A stretch of 64,000 bases of DNA from the human T2T-CHM13v2.0 reference genome, Homo sapiens: NCBI RefSeq assembly GCF_009914755.1, contig NC_060931.1, one strand, 5' to 3'. A model generated the notes under the pieces. The model searched no databases and was not told the origin of the DNA. It worked only from the letters and a program-made list of their open reading frames with translations. A program made the translations under genes and the position numbers. Below are positions 61,514 to 64,000 of this stretch, one piece after another; the stretch's first letter is position 1; each line of letters starts with the position of its first letter.

Positions 61514-63359
61514 CTATAGATCGTATATATTTGAGTCTTTCCATTAAGAGATTCTAAGTGATCTTCCTGAGAAAGAATATTTCATTCTTTTTAGAATCCC
61601 ATTAGCTAGGAGAGTCCTCTGTCTAGCATCTCAGCTAGACACCCTTGAGTGTCACTGACTCAATCCCCTCAAACCCCCACTGCATTTGTTTTTCACAATG
61701 TCAGTCTCTATTAATTTCAGCTTTTCAACAGATGACACACTTTTCAAATTAGAAGGCTTGAAGTTCTCTGTAGGACAAAACCAAAACTCAGTCCAGCATT
61801 GGGGGCTCCTGGGTCCATCTGGGTATTTATCTGCATTCCCATCCCTCAGTCTCTTAACAGGAAGTCCAAATTCTAAGGAAGCAAAAATCTCACCAGCCCT
61901 CCAGGAGACTTACTCAGGCCCCTAATGCTGGTCTCCTGAGTGCCTTTACAAGCCTCTGCCACTAACCCGAATTATTCCAGGGCTGGCAAATGCCACCTTT
62001 CCCTTCCTTGAATGACTGAATCACAATACTTTGATGGTGCATTCATTTGTTCGTTTGTTCATTCATTCATTCATTCATTCGAGACAGGATCTTGATCTGT
62101 TGCCCAGGCTGGGGTGCAGTGGTGCAATCATAGCTCACTGCAGCCTCATATTCCTGGGCTCAAGTGATGCTTCTGCCTCAGCCTTCCAAAGTGTTGGGAT
62201 TACTGGTGTGAGCCACTATGCCCGGCTGAGGATGCATTTAAAATCAGACTTCTGCTTCATCATCACTTCAGAGTTTCCCAGGCATTGACCAGAACGACTC
62301 CCATGATCTCCCATAATTACATCCATGAATTACCTCCTCCAAGGAGAACATAAGCACCTTGAGAGAAAGAAGTGCCTCTTAAAATCATATCCCAAACCCC
62401 AAGACAAATGATGTTAGTGTCTAAGAAAAAAAGACAAAATGCTAGCTGAGCAGAAGGACACAGAGCCAAGCAAGGAGGGAGCTTCCTCTGGGACTCCTGA
62501 AGCCCCAGAACAGCAGGTGTCTGTGTGGTAGACTGGCTGCTGCTCTAATCGCTTTCAGCTGAGAAACACCAGTATCATGACACAAGCTCCCAAAAGAGTA
62601 GTATGTTACATTTACATTGTGAGAAATGAGCTGGGATTTCAGACAGAAGGAAAGGATGGTCCTCACGGCTGGCTGAGCATGTGTGGGGGTGGTTAGGATG
62701 CAGCTGCTCTCTCCCAAAACCCGGCCGTCACCCCTCACTCTTGGCTGACGAGCTATTTCCCTGAGAAAAGAAGCAAATAGGAATGCTATGTCTACCCTCT
62801 TCTCTAACCACCTCATGGGACACCTCCAACTGTTTGCATCTCTGTCCCCTCTGGCTGACTCGAGGCCCCACAGCCATTCTCACTCCATGGGCAACAACTA
62901 TTTCTCATTCTCGACAGAATCACCCCACTATTATCTCTCCCATCAAAACAAAACAAAATGAAAAATCCTTTCTTAACCTCAACTCCTATTCCTGCTACTA
63001 TCCAATTTCTCTTTTTCCTTTAGGGCAAAATTTCTCAAAAAAAAAAAAAAAAAATTCTCAATAGACCAAATTCAATTCTTCTACCACTCTCTCCTAAACC
63101 TCTCCAATCAGGATTTCCCTTACAGATCCAGCCACAGGGCCTCAGAGAGTCACATGACCTCCCCTGAGCTAAATCCCAGCACTATTTCTCAGTCTTCCTT
63201 GGGCTGGACTCTTAACAGCATTTGACACAGTTGATCACCTGTCCCTGAAGCTTCTCATTCCCTTGGCTTCAGAAACTGCACGCTCCTGGTTCTCCCTCTA
63301 GCCTGACCAGTAGCACCTTCCCAGTTCCTCCTTCTCTACCAGACTGCACATGGGAGAGT

Positions 63360-63383
63360 ACCAGATTCGTCTCCCAAACTCCA

Positions 63384-63414
<31 letters not shown>

Positions 63415-63849
63415 CAGATTCGTCTCCCAAACTACACACACGCACACACACCAGATTCATCTCCCAAACTCCACACACACACACACAACCAGATTCGTCT
63501 CCCAAACTACACGCACGCACACACACCAGATTCATCTCCCAAACTCCACAAGCACCAGATTCGTCTCCCAAACTCCACACACACACACACACACACACAC
63601 AGATTCATCTCCCAAACTCCACAAACACACACACACACATCAGATTCGTCTCCCAAACTCCACACACACACATACACCAGATTCGTCTCCCAAACTCCAC
63701 ACACACACACCCCCACCAGATTCGTCTCCCAAACTCCACACACACACACAGATTCATCTCCCAAACTCCACAAACACACACACACACACACATCAGATTC
63801 GTCTCCCAAACTCCACACACACACATACACCAGATTTGTCTCCCAAACT

Positions 63850-63885
<36 letters not shown>

Positions 63886-64000
63886 CGACCAGATTCGTCT
63901 CCCAAACTACACACACACACCCCCCCAGATTCATCTCCCAAACTCCACACACACACACACAACAGATTCGTCTCCCAAACTCCACACACACACACCCCCT
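63360..64000. repeat. Compound minisatellite: CAGATTC(G/A)TCTCCCAAACT(C/A)C core plus variable (CA)n, 16 units, running to the window end
   Basis: Direct inspection of the repeat units. Confidence 0.95.

Noticed and set aside
63360-64000. Repeat-spacer pattern resembling a CRISPR array
   Set aside because: Spacers are just (CA)n, no cas genes are present and the context is a primate intron; it is a VNTR.

Overview
Primate, most likely human, genomic DNA: Alu-dense and carrying a full-length SVA. It matches the ZNF316-ZNF12 KRAB zinc-finger locus, which I recall as 7p22.1. Three KRAB-ZNF-type units are present. (1) ZNF316 (+): five coding exons that splice into a 1004-aa protein with an acidic N-terminus, KRAB A/B and 15 fingers in two clusters; the last exon lies in a CpG island. 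(2) A dead ZNF12-like gene (+, about 25.0-38.2 kb) that keeps a CpG-island promoter and an ATG mini-exon (MNKPQ) with intact splice sites. No KRAB exons are recognisable, the finger exon has stops, frameshifts and Alu insertions, and the intron holds a nested tandem-duplication/Alu/SVA structure. (3) ZNF12 (-): KRAB-A, KRAB-B and a 15-finger exon; its ATG exon lies beyond the window. Notable details are a one-for-one six-finger duplication in ZNF316, alternating two-finger units and fossil 3'UTR fingers in ZNF12, a perfect 131-bp tandem duplication in the ZNF12 3'UTR, inverted Alus between alternative ZNF316 poly(A) signals, and a compound (core+CA)n minisatellite in a ZNF12 intron. I found no convincing wholly new system; the KRAB-less pseudogene with a preserved promoter is the best candidate. 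Repeat family names and boundaries are by eye and approximate.
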